Source: Paraspadella gotoi
Taxonomy: Eukaryota; Animalia; Chaetognatha
NCBI GenBank assembly: GCA_051294375.1
Contig: CM119270.1
Span: 17,891,710 to 17,955,709, forward strand
Length of the DNA: 64,000 nt
Reading direction: 5' to 3'
Shown: positions 38,031 through 51,403 of the stretch, one piece after another
Position numbering within the stretch: the stretch's first letter is position 1
Layout: every line of letters starts with the position of its first letter
The notes under the pieces: generated by a model
What the model was told of the DNA's origin: nothing
What the model saw: only the letters and a program-made list of their open reading frames with translations
The model's database searches: none
Translations under genes and position numbers: made by a program

Positions 38031-40851
38031 AAAAAGATTAAATTTATGTTGAAATCATAAATCACGCCGAGTGAGTCGGTGCCTTAATTCACACTTGTAT
38101 CCATAATTACTCTCTACAGACAGAGAAAACGCCTGGCGTTAATATCTCATAAATAAATCCATGTGGTTCCCGTTAGAGAGCGAAATGAAGGCGCCGCCGC
38201 CGGCTCAAGCGCATTTTGATTTTTTTCTCTTTTGCGAAAAGAATGAAAAATGAGAAGAAATAAAACATTTTTTTGTTCTCTTTTGTTGTTGCTGTTGTTG
38301 TTGTAAAAGGTCTTGTACAAGTCGTTGACTTTTGAATGTTCGTTGGCTGAATGTAAGAGGCGAATTATTTAGAGTTTTAGTATTGGAGTTTTTTTGGTAA
38401 CACTATTTTATAAGATAGCTTATTTATTAAATGAATGAATAATTTTTATATTGGTTGTACCAATTTCATAAGAATACGATAAGTATAACAACATTTCACG
38501 ACTTTCACTTTCGGTTGATCGAGTCTAATTGAATCTTGTTTAAAAAAAAAAGATTTTAAAAGAAAAAAAAACATTCAAAAATAGTATTGTATTTGTGCTC
38601 GCAATTTTCCGACTTCTTAATCGCGTATCTAGTCTCAGATAAGATTTCGACGACGACGACAATGACGACTAAAACAATAACAACAACAACAACGACGACG
38701 ACACAGACGCAGCCTAATTATCGCCAACGATTTCGATAATCTGCAATCGAATGTCCAGAGATCAAATGTGACACTTTCGTTTCATCCGTGTGATCCGTTC
38801 CCTTCACCCTTCACCCACTTTTTCTCAATCTATCCCCTCTTTCTCCAACTTCTTCTCTCTCCTGCTTTCTTTCCTTTTCCCCCCCACTATTCTTAGCTCT
38901 GTTTCCTTTCCTCCTTTTTTATTCCTTTCTTCCTCCTTTTCTTTTTGACACTTTTTTCTTTCCTTTCTTTTCTTTTCTCCTTTTAATTATCATTTTCTTT
39001 CTCCCTTTCCTTTTTGCCTTTTTTTCTTCTTTCCTCTCTTATCCTTTTTTTCCTCCCAATTAACCCTTTCTTCCTCCTTTTCCTTTCTTTCCTTCTCTCC
39101 TTTCTCCCCTTTTTCTCTCTTTTCTCCCCCTTTCTTCTTCTCTTTTTCCTCTTCCTCTGCCCAACCACTCCCTCTCTCGCTTCTTTTCGCGTCTGGGAAT
39201 ATTTTTCCCATTTTTCTCCAGTGACTGATTCTTTTTGGTCTCTGACTTTGAATTCAGTGGACAATCAACAATCGACAGTCAACAATCGGGTCATTGATCG
39301 ACAGTTGACAATCAACAATAAACGATGGACAGTCAAAATCGACAGTCGACGATCGACAGTAAATTATCGAGAGTCAACAATCAACAGTCAACTAACGACA
39401 GTCAACTATCGATAGTAAACAGCTAGAATCTAACTGTCAACTCTAGAGGCGAAGCGAGAGGGAAACTCGAGACTCCTCCACCAACGCTTTCATATTTTCA
39501 TATTCGCCCCANNNNNNNNNNNNNNNNNNNNNNNNNNNNNNNNNNNNNNNNNNNNNNNNNNNNNNNNNNNNNNNNNNNNNNNNNNNNNNNNNNNNNNNNN
39601 NNNNNNNNNNNNNNNNNNNNNNNNNNNNNNNNNNNNNNNNNNNNNNNNNNNNNNNNNNNNNNNNNNNNNNNNNNNNNNACGACGCACGCGCACTCGGACC
39701 ACAATAAACGGAATGGCAGTTTCGTGAATTATAGCAAGAGAAAATGAAAAAAAAATGTCGAGGGAGAGAGGAGAGACGAGAGAGAGCAGAGAGAGAGAGA
39801 CGGAGAAGAGAGAGAGAGAGAGAGAGAGAAGGAAGAGAGAGAGAGAATGAAATCGGCGAAGGGAGAGCCGAATTCTCAAGTGACGGAATCCGAACCGTCA
39901 TCTATAGTTGTAAAGAAACTGACAACGGAACGAACGACGATAGACGACGATGACGACGACGACGACCAGACTGCACTGCAAAAACGACCGTCCGAATAAA
40001 TCATCGGAATGGCGAGAGGACGATGACGACAGACGACGGTCAATAGTTTATCCGGAGTAGGGGGGCGGCACTGTTGGTCAGAAGTATTTTATTTTTTGCA
40101 TAATTTTTAAACATATATTCATATCATTTAAACTTTCGAATTCCCAAACACTCTTAAGCCCCGTTTGCGTCTATGTGCGCATAAATTCTATCATAGGAAC
40201 AATTTTATGTCAAATCATGAAATACCAATAATGTACCAAAAGACCCTCTTAGAGGTATTTTGTATGCCTGCGTATTAACGTAATCACATCAAAATTTAAA
40301 ATAGACGGTTATTTTCAATGAATTTAAAAAAAAAAAAGAAAATGATATGCAAAACAGTTTTAAAGTGAGGCTCGTTTTGAAAACAAATGATCAGTAACGG
40401 GGTTCAGGGACGAGACCCTAAAACTTAAAATAAAAATAGGAAATATTGGAAGAGGCCTTTTGGCTTTGCAACCTCTCGACCCGTCATTGCGGTAAGAAAC
40501 GTTTTCGTCATCGTTGTCGTCGTCGTCGTCGTCATCTCCTCCTCCTCATCTTCCTCCTCCTCCTCCTCCTCATCCTCCTCATATTCCTCGTAACATCGCA
40601 TCTCAAAGTCGCAAATTTTTTTTGTCATAAAGTTGTTTTGACTTTTTGGGTCGCGTCACGAGCCTCGTCGTCGTCGTCGTCGTCGTTGTTGTTTTTTGAT
40701 GTTTTCCTTCTCTTTGTTGTATGTTTGCGGCGCTTGTCTTTAATATAAAATTCCGATTAGATATAATACTTTACTAAGGTTTGTTATTTTAAGGCGGTCT
40801 ATTAAAATTCTGATTAAATATCGCTTGTAAAAAAAAATATCTTGACCAAAT

Positions 40852-41347
40852 TCATCATCATCATAATTAACATCATCATCATTTTCGTCATCATCGTCAT
40901 CCTCATCGTAATCATCATAATCATCATCAACATCATNNNNNNNNNNNNNNNNNNNNNNNNNNNNNNNNNNNNNNNNNNNNNNNNNNNNNNNNNNNNNNNN
41001 NNNNNNNNNNNNNNNNNNNNNNNNNNNNNNNNNNNNNNNNNNNNNNNNNNNNNNNNNNNNNNNNNNNNNNNNNNNNNNNNNNNNNNNNNNNNNNNNNNNN
41101 NNNNNNNNNNNNNNNNNNNNNNNNNNNNNNTCATCATCATCATCATCTTTATCATCATCATCATTGTCATCATAATCATCGTCAACATCATAATTATCAT
41201 CATCATCATCATAATCATCATCATTATCATAATTATCATCATCATCATCATCATAATCATCATCATTATCATCATCATCATCATAATCATCATCATCATC
41301 TTCATCATCTTTATCACCATCATCATTCTCACCATAATCATCGTCAA

Positions 41348-41384
<37 letters not shown>

Positions 41385-41540
41385 TTGGTCGTCGTCTTCA
41401 AAATGTTCATAAAGTCCCACGTCGTTCTTGTCATCTTCGTCCTCGTCAAAGACATCGATGTCAAAAACATCGTCGCTGTCATCGTCGTCGTCGTCGTCAT
41501 CGGCGTCGTGGTCGTCGTCGTCATCGTCCACGTTTATATC
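40852..41540. repeat. Degenerate (TCA)/(TCG)n trinucleotide tract spanning a gap
   Basis: Source of the poly-D/poly-M/poly-I ORFs in the track. Confidence 0.85.
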
Positions 41541-42945
41541 GTCGACTTCACGTCTTCGCATAAACAGCAACTTTGACCTCACCTTTTCATTTTTCTCTTC
41601 CCTCAGCGAACTCNNNNNNNNNNNNNNNNNNNNNNNNNNNNNNNNNNNNNNNNNNNNNNNNNNNNNNNNNNNNNNNNNNNNNNNNNNNNNNNNNNNNNNN
41701 NNNNNNNNNNNNNNNNNNNNNNNNNNNNNNNNNNNNNNNNNNNNNNNNNNNNNNNNNNNNNNNNNNNNNNNNNNNNNNNNNNNNNNNNNNNNNNNNNNNN
41801 NNNNNNNNNNNNNNNNNNNNNNNNNNNNNNNNNNNNNNNNNNNNNNNNNNNNNNNNNNNNNNNNNNNNNNNNNNNNNNNNNNNNNNNNNNNNNNNNNNNN
41901 NNNNNNNNNNNNNNNNNNNNNNNNNNNNNNNNNNNNNNNNNNNNNNNNNNNNNNNNNNNNNNNNNNNNNNNNNNNNNNNNNNNNNNNNNNNNNNNNNNNN
42001 NNNNNNNNNNNNNNNNNNNNNNNNNNNNNNNNNNNNNNNNNNNNNNNNNNNNNNNNNNNNNNNNNNNNNNNNNNNNNNNNNNNNNNNNNNNNNNNNNNNN
42101 NNNNNNNNNNNNNNNNNNNNNNNNNNNNNNNNNNNNNNNNNNNNNNNNNNNNNNNNNNNNNNNNNNNNNNNNNNNNNNNNNNNNNNNNNNNNNNNNNNNN
42201 NNNNNNNNNNNNNNNNNNNNNNNNNNNNNNNNNNNNNNNNNNNNNNNNNNNNNNNNNNNNNNNNNNNNNNNNNNNNNNNNNNNNNNNNNNNNNATTAATT
42301 AATTAATTAATCTTTTATAGATACTACTTTAATCGTCTATAGTAGTAAGATCAAAATTTATATATATTCAAAATTACAAATAGTACATAAACCGTTTTTT
42401 TCATATTTCAAAGAATTTCCATTTTTCTCAACTTTCCTCTTTTTTTTTTCATTTTCCTTCATCTTCGCCAAGAGATTTTTTTTCATTTCCTCTTTAGGGA
42501 GAAAACAATTAATCATTTCTCTTCACCTTCTTTTTTCTAAAATTGGCTCTTTTCCTCCGGCCTTTTAGTTCTTACCCTATTTTTTTTGGTTTCCCGTCCT
42601 CCAGCTAATTCTTTGCTTCATCATAATCCACATCAATGCCGAGTCTTATTCCTCTTAAACTTTCTCCTCGGGTCCTCCCTCTCCCTTCTTCTCTAGTTCC
42701 TCTTCTCATTCGTCTTAAACTTCCTCCTCCTTCTCCTTCTGACCCTTTACCCTCTCCCTCTCCCTCTCTCTCTCTTTCTCTCTCTCCTCTTCCTCCGCCT
42801 CGTTCTTCTCAACATGAGTTCGTTCGTCCTTCGCACATCCCCAAGATTTCACTTCTTTAAACATATCGACTCTCTCTCTCTCTCTCTCCTCTCTCTCGTC
42901 TCTCTCTTCTCTCTCTCTCTCTCTCACTCTCTCTCTCTCTCTCAC

Positions 42946-43100
42946 TACCCCGGCACGCCCAGAGCATCCGGCCTCGTGCGTGCGCGCCATCTCCGTCCGC
43001 CTCGTGTCTCGTGCGCGCGCGCGTCCTTCGCTGCGTGTACGGAAGCGGCCGCTGCGTGTGCGAAGTCGGACGCGTCCGAACGTGACGCTCCTCGCGCCAT
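42946..43100 (-). CDS. CpG-rich possible first coding exon, unidentified
   Basis: aagATGGCG start at 43100; open frame MARGASRSDASDFAHAAAASVHAAKDARAHETRGGRRWRARTRPDALGVPG to candidate donor TA|GTGAGA at 42945; locally very CpG-dense. Confidence 0.22.
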
Positions 43101-43386
43101 CTTCGAGTTCGCGTCGTTTTTTTTTTCGGTTTCGCGTTGACGTCTCCGTCGTTGTTACTATTTTTTTGCATTAAATACATAAAAACAAAAATAAAAATGA
43201 ATATTCATAAATACAATAATTCTTGGCTTTTAAAAAAGCGTATGAAAAACCGTGAAAAATATTCCTCGTTCAATTTTTCTCAATATATTTGTTCACTTTT
43301 TTTTTAACGTTTTTCCGTCGGGACTGATTTTTTTCCGCATTTGATTCTTAACAACATTTCTTTTCAAGGATCGGGACTCCACGACT

Positions 43387-43579
43387 GGCACTATTTCCCG
43401 AGAGCGCCCATTTTAGATTCTTAATCCTTAAACTGAATTCGAACTTTAACATTTAACTTTAATCCCTAACCAAAATTTTAACCAAATCCCTAACCCTTAG
43501 AACCTCATTGTTAAACTTAAAAAAGCAAACCTAATTCTGAATATAATTTTGAAATGCTGCGCAATCGGAAAAGAGGGCC
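43387..43579. mobile_element. Degenerate MITE, 21-bp TIRs beginning GG, 8-bp TSD, internal CCCTAA-like motifs
   Basis: ggcactatttcccgagagcgc (43387-43407) vs reverse complement of gcgcaatcggaaaagagggcc (43559-43579), 16/21 identical. Flanks ccacgact / caacgact; the noisy second copy shows caacgact on both sides (48483 and ~48695). Confidence 0.5.
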
Positions 43580-43737
43580 CAACGACTTTTTTTTTCATTT
43601 TCTTCTCTCGAGTACAAAACGACGCTTAATCTAACGCGAAAGGAAATGTTGGCGCATGAGACGGAGCTACTTCCACATTCAAAGGAGGACTTGGCCCTCA
43701 AGGGCGCACGATGAGCATTAAGAGTTGGTAGCTCCCG

Positions 43738-43751
43738 GTTGCTATGGAAAC
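43738..43751. promoter_or_regulatory. RFX X-box motif GTTGCTATGGAAAC
   Basis: 14-bp imperfect palindrome matching the RFX/DAF-19 consensus GTHNYY-AT-RRNAAC. Confidence 0.4.
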
Positions 43752-44736
43752 CCTCGGTCCGCCAGATTATTGCCAGCGTTATATGCGTTACGAGCAATTT
43801 TGTTGCTTTTTACTTTTAAATTGTACGCACGTTTGTACGAACAAACCACGATTAGATTAATTGTTTCTTTCAGTAAATCTGATTCTTTAAATTACAAACT
43901 TTTGTAAATCATTTTTCCAAATTCTTTTCGACAACATATTTCTTTTTTTTTCTTTTAATACAAAGATTTTTTCCCCCGATTTGTAGTAGTACGCGCAATT
44001 TTCTTTGCACTAAACAGTAAACACTCTTCCCATTTTGAAGGCAAAAAAATATTATTTTTTTCATTTCTACTATTTAGCCTTGTCTTTCCTATTATTTATT
44101 TCTCTTCTTTTTCATTCTCTCCTTCTTTTTCCATTTTTTCTTCTCTTTCCTTCTCTCCAACTTTTTCGATCTTTTCTTCTTTCTCATTTTCATTCTTCTT
44201 TTTCTTTATCTCCTCCTCATTTCTCCCTTTCTCTCCTTATCTCACTCTCTCTCCTTTTCTCTCCCTTTCTCTCCTTCTCTCACTCTCTCTCTTTCTCTCT
44301 CTCTTTTCTCCCCTCTCCTCTCCCTCTCTCTCTTTCTCTCTCCCTTTTTCTTTCTCTCAAGCCTCGAATCGGTTTTTTCGTATCTTTGCAATTAATTCTT
44401 CTTCTTTCCATTGAACAAGTATTGCGCCTAAGAATGTTTTATGAGTGCGCGAGTCTCAAGGCTCTTGGCGTCGTCGTCGTCGTCGTCGTCATCGTCGTCC
44501 TCGTAGTCGTTGTTCTCGTCACAAAAACCAATCAAATCTCGAGCACCAAGAAAAATCTTTTAACATTAACCTTGATTGGTCAATCTTTAAAACATTAAAA
44601 CATTGGTCAATTTAGACTCTCGACTTTCAATGATCTAGAAATTTTTGTTTCCTTTTTCTCATTTTTATTTTGATTGTGGTTTTTCATTTTAAAATTAATC
44701 GGGCTCCCTGCTTACAATACAACTGGCTCGCCCCTC

Positions 44737-44831
44737 TGCCCGCTCTGGCTCGCAGCCCTGCCCGCTTTGGCTCGCAGCCCTGCCCGCTCTGGCTCGCAGC
44801 CCTGCCCGCTTTGGCTCGAAGCCCTGCCCGC
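44737..44831. repeat. 22-bp GC-rich minisatellite tgcccgct(c/t)tggctcgcagccc, about 4.3 copies
   Basis: Read directly; noisy copy at ~49960-50090. Confidence 0.9.
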
Positions 44832-45694
44832 ACGGCCGAGTTGACCTCGAATTCTCAGAGTGAAACGCGAAGGAATTTTCACGCACGAAGTCATCGACGT
44901 AAAGAAGAAGTTGGGAAAAGGCTCAAGGTCGTTGTTGTTGTCGTCGTTGTTGTTATTATTGTCGTCGTTGTGGTTGAGGTCTTCGCCGTTGTTGTCGTCG
45001 TCTTTGTCGTCGTTGTCGTCGTTTTGTCATTGTTGTCGTTTTCCGTCGTTTTGGTCGTCGTCTTTGTTCGTCAATTGTCGTCGTTGGTCGTTGTGGTCGT
45101 TGTCAGTTTCGTCGTTTTGGTCGGTGGTCTTTGGTCCGTCATTTTCGTACGTTGTTCGTTGTCGTTTACATCGTTTTGTCGTCGTCTTTGTCGTCGTTGT
45201 CGTCGCTTTGCCGTAGTTGTCGTTGTCGTTTTCGTCTTTTGTTTGGTTTAATCTTATTTAATCTTTCATCTTGGTTGGTATAATCGCCGGCGACGATTTT
45301 CACGTCGCAGACAAGAAACTCGACTTTTTTGTTCTTTTGTTCGTTAGATTATCGTCTTGTCAAAACAGTTTGGTGTTTGTTTTCTTCTTCTTCGTCGTCG
45401 TCTTTCGTTTTTGATTCTTTCTTTTCTGTTTTTTATTCTTTTCATCAGAAGCAATAAAATCAGAATCTTCTTCCATTCCGTTGATTGGACTTTTTTTCGT
45501 CGTTGTTGTCGTCGTCGTCGTCGTCGTCGTCGTCAGCATCTTTTCTGTTTTTGAGTAAATCAATTTTTTTTTTCGTATGAGAAGAAACTCGTTTCAATTT
45601 GCGAATTATTATCGGATATTTTTATTTTTATTTTTCTGTTTCCACAAATGCCAATTGGTCTCGGAGTCTNNNNNNNNNNNNNNNNNNNNNNNNN

Positions 45695-47069
45695 CCTCAT
45701 CCTCCCCATCCTCTTTCATCCCCCTCCTCCCCCTCCTGGCGCTCCTCTTCCTCCTCCTCCCTCTTCCCTCTCTTTCTCCTCCTCTCCTCCTCCTTGTTAC
45801 TCCTCCTCCTCGTCCACCCTCCTCCTCACTGCCTCTCTCCTCCTACTTCTCACTGCCCCCTCCTCCTTCTCCTCCTCCTCCTCTCTCATCCTCATCTCCC
45901 CTCCTCCTCCTCTCCTCATCTCCCTCATCATCCTCCTCCTCCTGCCTCATCCTCCTACTCTTCTCCTCCTCCTCCTTGTCAATCCTCCTCCTCTCGTCCC
46001 CCTCCTCCTTCTCACTCCTCCTCCTCCTACCTCCTTCTTGCCACCTTACTCCTCCTTCTCCTCCTCCTCCCCCCTCCTCCTCCCTCCTTCTCCCCTGCCT
46101 CCTCCTACTCTCCTTCCTCCTCCTTTCCTCCAATCTTTCTCCTCCTCCTCCTTCTCTCTCCTCCTGCTCGTCCACCATCACTCCTCCTCCTCCTCCCTCC
46201 TCCTTTCCTCATCCTTCTCCTCCTCTTTGGGTCGCGTCGTCTTCCCCCTGTTCCTCACGCCCCATGGGTTCTGTTCTTTGTCATCTTCGTCCTCCGTTCC
46301 CGCCATCGCTGTCCACCCCATCGTCGCTGTCCTCGTCGGTCGTCCTTGCGTCCCCGTTTTCTCTCGTCGCCTTCCCGTTCTTCGCTACCCCGCCCCATTT
46401 GACCTCCCCAACTTTTTCCTTTTTTCCTTTCCCCCCCTCCAGCGCAAACTCGCGCTCCCTTTCGCTTTTCTCGCTTGGGCCTCCGCCTCATCGTAGCTCC
46501 TCCTCCTCTTCCTCCTCCTTCTCTTCTCTTTTTTTTCCTTTCCTTTTCTTTTTCCACATCTTCGCTGCAACTTATTCCCAAATTCAGACTTCTTTTTCAT
46601 AACCATAGATTAGCTCAAATATTTCTCTCTCTCTCTTCTCAGTGTTCTCTCTATCTCTCTCTCTCTCTCTCTCATCCTCTCTCTCTCTCTCTTCTTCTTC
46701 TCTCTCTCTTATCTGCTCTCCTCTCTCTCTCTCTCTCTCTCCATCCTCTTCTCTTCCACTCTTTTCTTCTCAGTCTGCTCGTTCTCATCTCTCTCTCTTT
46801 CCTCATCTCTCTCTCTTCTCCCTCTCTCGCTCAGCAGAGCCTTAAATATTCTTTCCGCCCAATTTTGTTCCCACTATCTATGCTCTCCGCCAGTCGGGAA
46901 GCGCCCATTGCATCCCACGCAACGCGAAGAAAGCAAACGCTCACAATTTGCAAGTCGCGTGTCTGCGGAGAACGGCATTTCCGAGAAAAAATGATCCAGG
47001 CAACAGAAATAAATAAATAAATATAATAAATAAATAAATATAATAAATAAATAAATTAAATAAATAAAA

Positions 47070-47104
<35 letters not shown>

Positions 47105-50100
47105 ATATAAATAAATTAAATAAATAAATAAATAAATAATAAATAAATTAAATAGAATAAATAAATATAGAATAAATAAATAAATAATAAATAAATAAAT
47201 AATAAATAAATATAATAAATAATTAAATAAATAAATATAAATAAATAAATAAATAATAAATAATAAATAAATAAATAAATAAATAAATAAATTAATAATT
47301 AATTATTAAATTAATTAAATCTTTATAGATACTACTTTAATTCGTCTATAGTAAGTAAAGATCAAAATTTATATATATTTCAAATTACAAAAATAGTTAC
47401 ATAAACCGTTTTTTTTCATATTTCAAAGAATTTCCATTTTCTCAACTTTCCTCTTTTTTTTTTTTTTCATTATTTTTTTTTCCTTCATCTTCGCCAAGAG
47501 ATTTTTTTTCCATTTCCTCTTTAGGGAGAAAAACAATTAAATCATTTCTCCTTCACCTTTCTTTTTCCTAAAATGGCTCTTTTCCTCCGGCCTTTTAGTT
47601 CTTACCTCTATTTTTTTGGTTTCCCGTCCTCTCAGATAATTTCTTTTGCTTCATCATAATCCAATGCAATGCCGAGTCTTATTCCTCTTTAAACTTTCTC
47701 CCCTCGGTCCTCCCTTCTCCCTTCTTCTATAGTTCCTCTTCTCATTCGGTCTTAAAAACACTTTCCTCACTCTCTTAGTCCTTCTGAACCCTTACCCTCT
47801 CCCTCCTCCCTCTGCTTGGTCGCTGCTCTCTCTCTCACTCCTCTTTCTCTCCGCCTGCGTTCTTCTCAAACAGAGTTCGTTCGTCCCTTCGACATCCCCA
47901 AGATTTCACTTCTTTAACATATCGACTCTCTCTCTCTCGCCTCTCTCTCTCTCTCTTTCTGCCTCTCTCGTCTCTCTCTTCTCTCTCTCCTCTCTCTCAC
48001 TCTCTCTCTCTCTCTCACTAACCCCGGCACGCCCAGAGCATCCGGCCTCGTGCGTTGGCAGGGCCATCTCCGTCCGCCTCGTGGTCTCGTGGCGCGGCGG
48101 CTCTTGCTGCGTGTGACGTGAAGCGGCCGCTGGCGTGTGCGAAGTTCGGACGCGTCCGAACGTGACGCTCCCTCGCGGCCCATCTTCGAGTTCGCGTCGT
48201 TTTTATTTTTTCCGGTTTTCGCGTTGAGAACGTTCTCCGTCGTGTTACTATTTTTTTGCATTAAATATACATAAAACAAAAATAAAAATGAATATTCAAT
48301 AAATACATAATTTCTTGGCTTTTAAAAAAGCGTAATGAAAAAAACGTTGAAAGATATTCCTCGCTTCAATTTTTCTCATATATTTGTTTCACGTTTTTTT
48401 TAAACACGTTTTCCGTCGGGACTAGATTTTTTTCCGCATTTGGATTCTTAAACACAACATTTCTTTTCAAGGAATCGGACTCCAACGACTGGCACTATTT
48501 TCCCGAAGGCCCCTTTTAGATTCTTAATCCTTAAACTTAATTCGAAACTTTTAAACAATTTTAACTTTAATCTAACCAAAATTTAACGAGCATAATCCTA
48601 ACCCTTAGAACCCTCATTGTTTAAACTTAAATAAAGCAAACCAATTCTGAATATTAATTTTGAAATGGCTGCGCGAATCGGAAAAAAGAGGGCCCAACGA
48701 CTTTTTTTTTCATTTTCCTTCTCTGCGAAGTACAAAACGACGCTTAATCTAACTGCGAAAGGAAATTGGTTGGCGCAATGAGACGGAGCTACTTCCAGAA
48801 ATTCAAAAGGAGGACATTGGCCTCAAGGCGCATCGATGAGCATTAAGAGTTGGTAGCTGCTCCCGTTGGCCTAATGGAAAACACCATTTCGTCCGCCAGA
48901 TAATTGCCAGCGTTATATGGCGTTACTAGCAATTTTGTTGCTTTTTACTTTTAAATTGTACCGCACGTTTGTACGACAAAACCACGATTAGATTAATGGT
49001 ATTTTCTTTGCAGTAATCTGGATTCTTTAAATTCGAAAACTTTTTGTAAATCATATTGATTTCCAAAATTCCCTTTTCGACAACATATTTCTTTTTTTTT
49101 GCTTTCTTAAAAATAGCAAAGATGTTTTTTTTCCCAACCGATTTTGTAGTAGTACGGCGCAATTTTCTTTACACTATAACAGTAAAAATCTTCCATTGGA
49201 AGGCAAAAATTTATTTTCATACTATTTAGCCTTGTCTTTCCTATTATTTTAATTCTCTTCTTTTTTCATTTCTCTCCTTCTTTTCTTTTCTTTATCTTCT
49301 CTTTCGCTTCTCTCCAATTTTGTCTTTACTCTTCTATTTTCTCATTTCTCTACTCCTCCTTTTGCTTCCCTTTCTCACCCTTTCTCACTTCCTCTCCTTC
49401 TTTCTTCCTTTCTCTTCCTTCTCTTATCATCCTCTCTCTTTTCTTATTCTCTCATTTCTCTTTCCCTTTCTCCTCCTCCGTCTCTTCTCGCCTTTCTCTC
49501 TTCTCCTCACTCATCTCTCTTCTTCCTTTCTTCCTCTTTTTCTCTCCTTTCAAGCCTGCGAATCGGTTTTTCGTATCTTTGCAATAATATCTATCTTTCT
49601 TTCCATTGAAGCAAGTTGATTGCGGCCTAAGAATGTTTTAATGAGTGCGGCGAGTCTCAAAAGGCTCTTGCGTCGTAGTTCGTCGTGTCGTGCAAGTGTC
49701 GTCGCATCGTCGTCCCTCGTAGTCGTTGTCTCGTCACAGAAAACCAATCAAATCTCGAGCACCTAAGAAAATACTTTTAACATTAACCCTGTATTGGTCA
49801 TCTTTAAAAGCATTAAAACATTGGTCAATTTAAGACTCTTACGGATCTTGTCAATGATCTAGAATTTTGTTTCCCTTTTTCTGCTTATTTTTTTATTTTG
49901 AATTGTGTTGGTTTTCATTAAAATTAATCGGGCTCCCCTGCTTTAACAATACAAACTGGCTTCGGCCCTCTGCCCTCTCCTTTAGGACCTCTGGCTTCGC
50001 AGCCCTGCCCGCTTTTGGCTCGCAGCCCTGCCGCTTCTGGCTCGCAGTCTCCCCTGCCCGCTCTTGGGCTCGCAAGCCCTAGCCCGCACGGCGAGTTGAC

Positions 50101-51054
50101 CTCTGAATTCTCAGAGTGAAACGCGAAGGAAATTTTTCACGCACGAAGTCATACGACGTAAAGAAGATAGTTGGGGAGAAAGGTCAAGGTCGTTTTGTGT
50201 TGTCGTCGTTGTGTTAATTATTGTCGTCGTTGTAGGTTGAGGTCTTCGCCGTTGTTGTCGTCGTCTTTGTGCGTTTTCGTTCGTCGTCGTCGTTTCGTTT
50301 TTGTCAACGTAGTGTTGTTGCGTTTTCCGTCGTTTTGGTCGTTCGTTGTTGTTGCGTTCCGTTTGTCGTTCGTCTGTGTCGTTGTCGTGTCGTTGTCGTT
50401 TCGTCGTTTGTCGTCGTCTTGTTCGTTGGTCTTTTGGCGTCTCTGGTCGCGGGTTTTCGTCGTTGTTTCGTGTTTGTCGTCTTAGTCGTTCGTCGTTGTG
50501 TCGTCGTCTTTGTCGTCGTGCGTTTTGGTTGTCGTCGCTTTGTCCGTGTATGGTCTCTGTCGTGTGCGTTGTCATTTTCGTCTTTTGTTTGGTTTAATCA
50601 ATTATTTATCTTTCCAAATCTTGTTGTATAAAATCGCCGGCGACCGATTTTTCACGTCGCAGACAAGAAAATCGACTTTTTGTTCTTTTGTTCGTTAGCG
50701 ATTATCGTCTTGTCAAGAAAACAGTTTGGTGTTTTTTTCTTTCTCTTCCTGTCGCGTCGTCGGTCCTTTCGTTTTTGATTCTTTCTTTTCTGTTTTTTTA
50801 TTCTTTCCATCAGAAGCATATAAATACAGAATCTTGCTTCATTCCGTTGAATTGGACTTTTTTTTCGTATTCGTTCGTCTCGTCGTTCCGGTCGATCGTC
50901 GTCGTCTGTGGCGTAGCATCCTTTCTGTTTTTGAGTAAAATCAATTTTTTTTTTCGTACTGAGTAGAAACTGCGGTTTCAATTGCGAATTATTGATCGGA
51001 TTTTTTAATTTAATTTTTCTGTTTCCCAACAAACGCCAATTGGTCTCGGAGTCT
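45695..51054 (+). other. Noisy long-read-like copy of ~40940-45669 (A->C-converted at its start, insertion-rich afterwards)
   Basis: 45695-46450 mirrors the (tca)n tract and 41380-41613 with (tca)n written (tcc)n. ~46455-47310 has no counterpart and sits where the 41614-42293 gap is. 47310-51054 is collinear with 42294-45669 and ends at the same gccaattggtctcggagtct. Confidence 0.9.
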
Positions 51055-51210
51055 TAGTGGCTTTGTTTTAAATTGTTTTAAATTGTTTTAAATTGTTTTA
51101 AATTAAATATTATTAAAGCAAAATTTTGTCTTAAAACCAGTTTTTATTCATCGAATAATATTTTGTAAATTTATCATTTAAAACTTTTATTCGAAACTTG
51201 AGATTTTATG

Positions 51211-51403
51211 TCAACTCTTATCTTCAACCATCATCTTCAACCCTTATTTTCAACCCTAATCTTCAATCTTCATCTGCAACTCTTATCTTCAACCATCATC
51301 TTCAACCCTAATCTTCAACCATAATCTTCAACCATCATCTGCAACTCTTATCTTCAACCCTAATCTTCAACCATCATCTTGAACCATCATCTTCAACCAT
51401 CAT
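51211..51403. repeat. 13-bp minisatellite tcttcaaccatca / tcttcaaccctaa, about 15 copies
   Basis: Read directly. Confidence 0.85.

Noticed and set aside
40740-41582. 280-aa Asp-rich ORF (acidic biomineralisation-like protein)
   Set aside because: Trinucleotide microsatellite crossing a gap, open in several frames, with no signal peptide or clear splice context.
43455-43506. CCCTAA motifs as an interstitial telomere
   Set aside because: Only two exact, non-adjacent units, inside the MITE-like element.
45577-46606. 341-aa Pro/Ser/Leu ORF resembling an extensin or formin tract
   Set aside because: It is the A->C-converted (TCA)n microsatellite from ~41131-41613.
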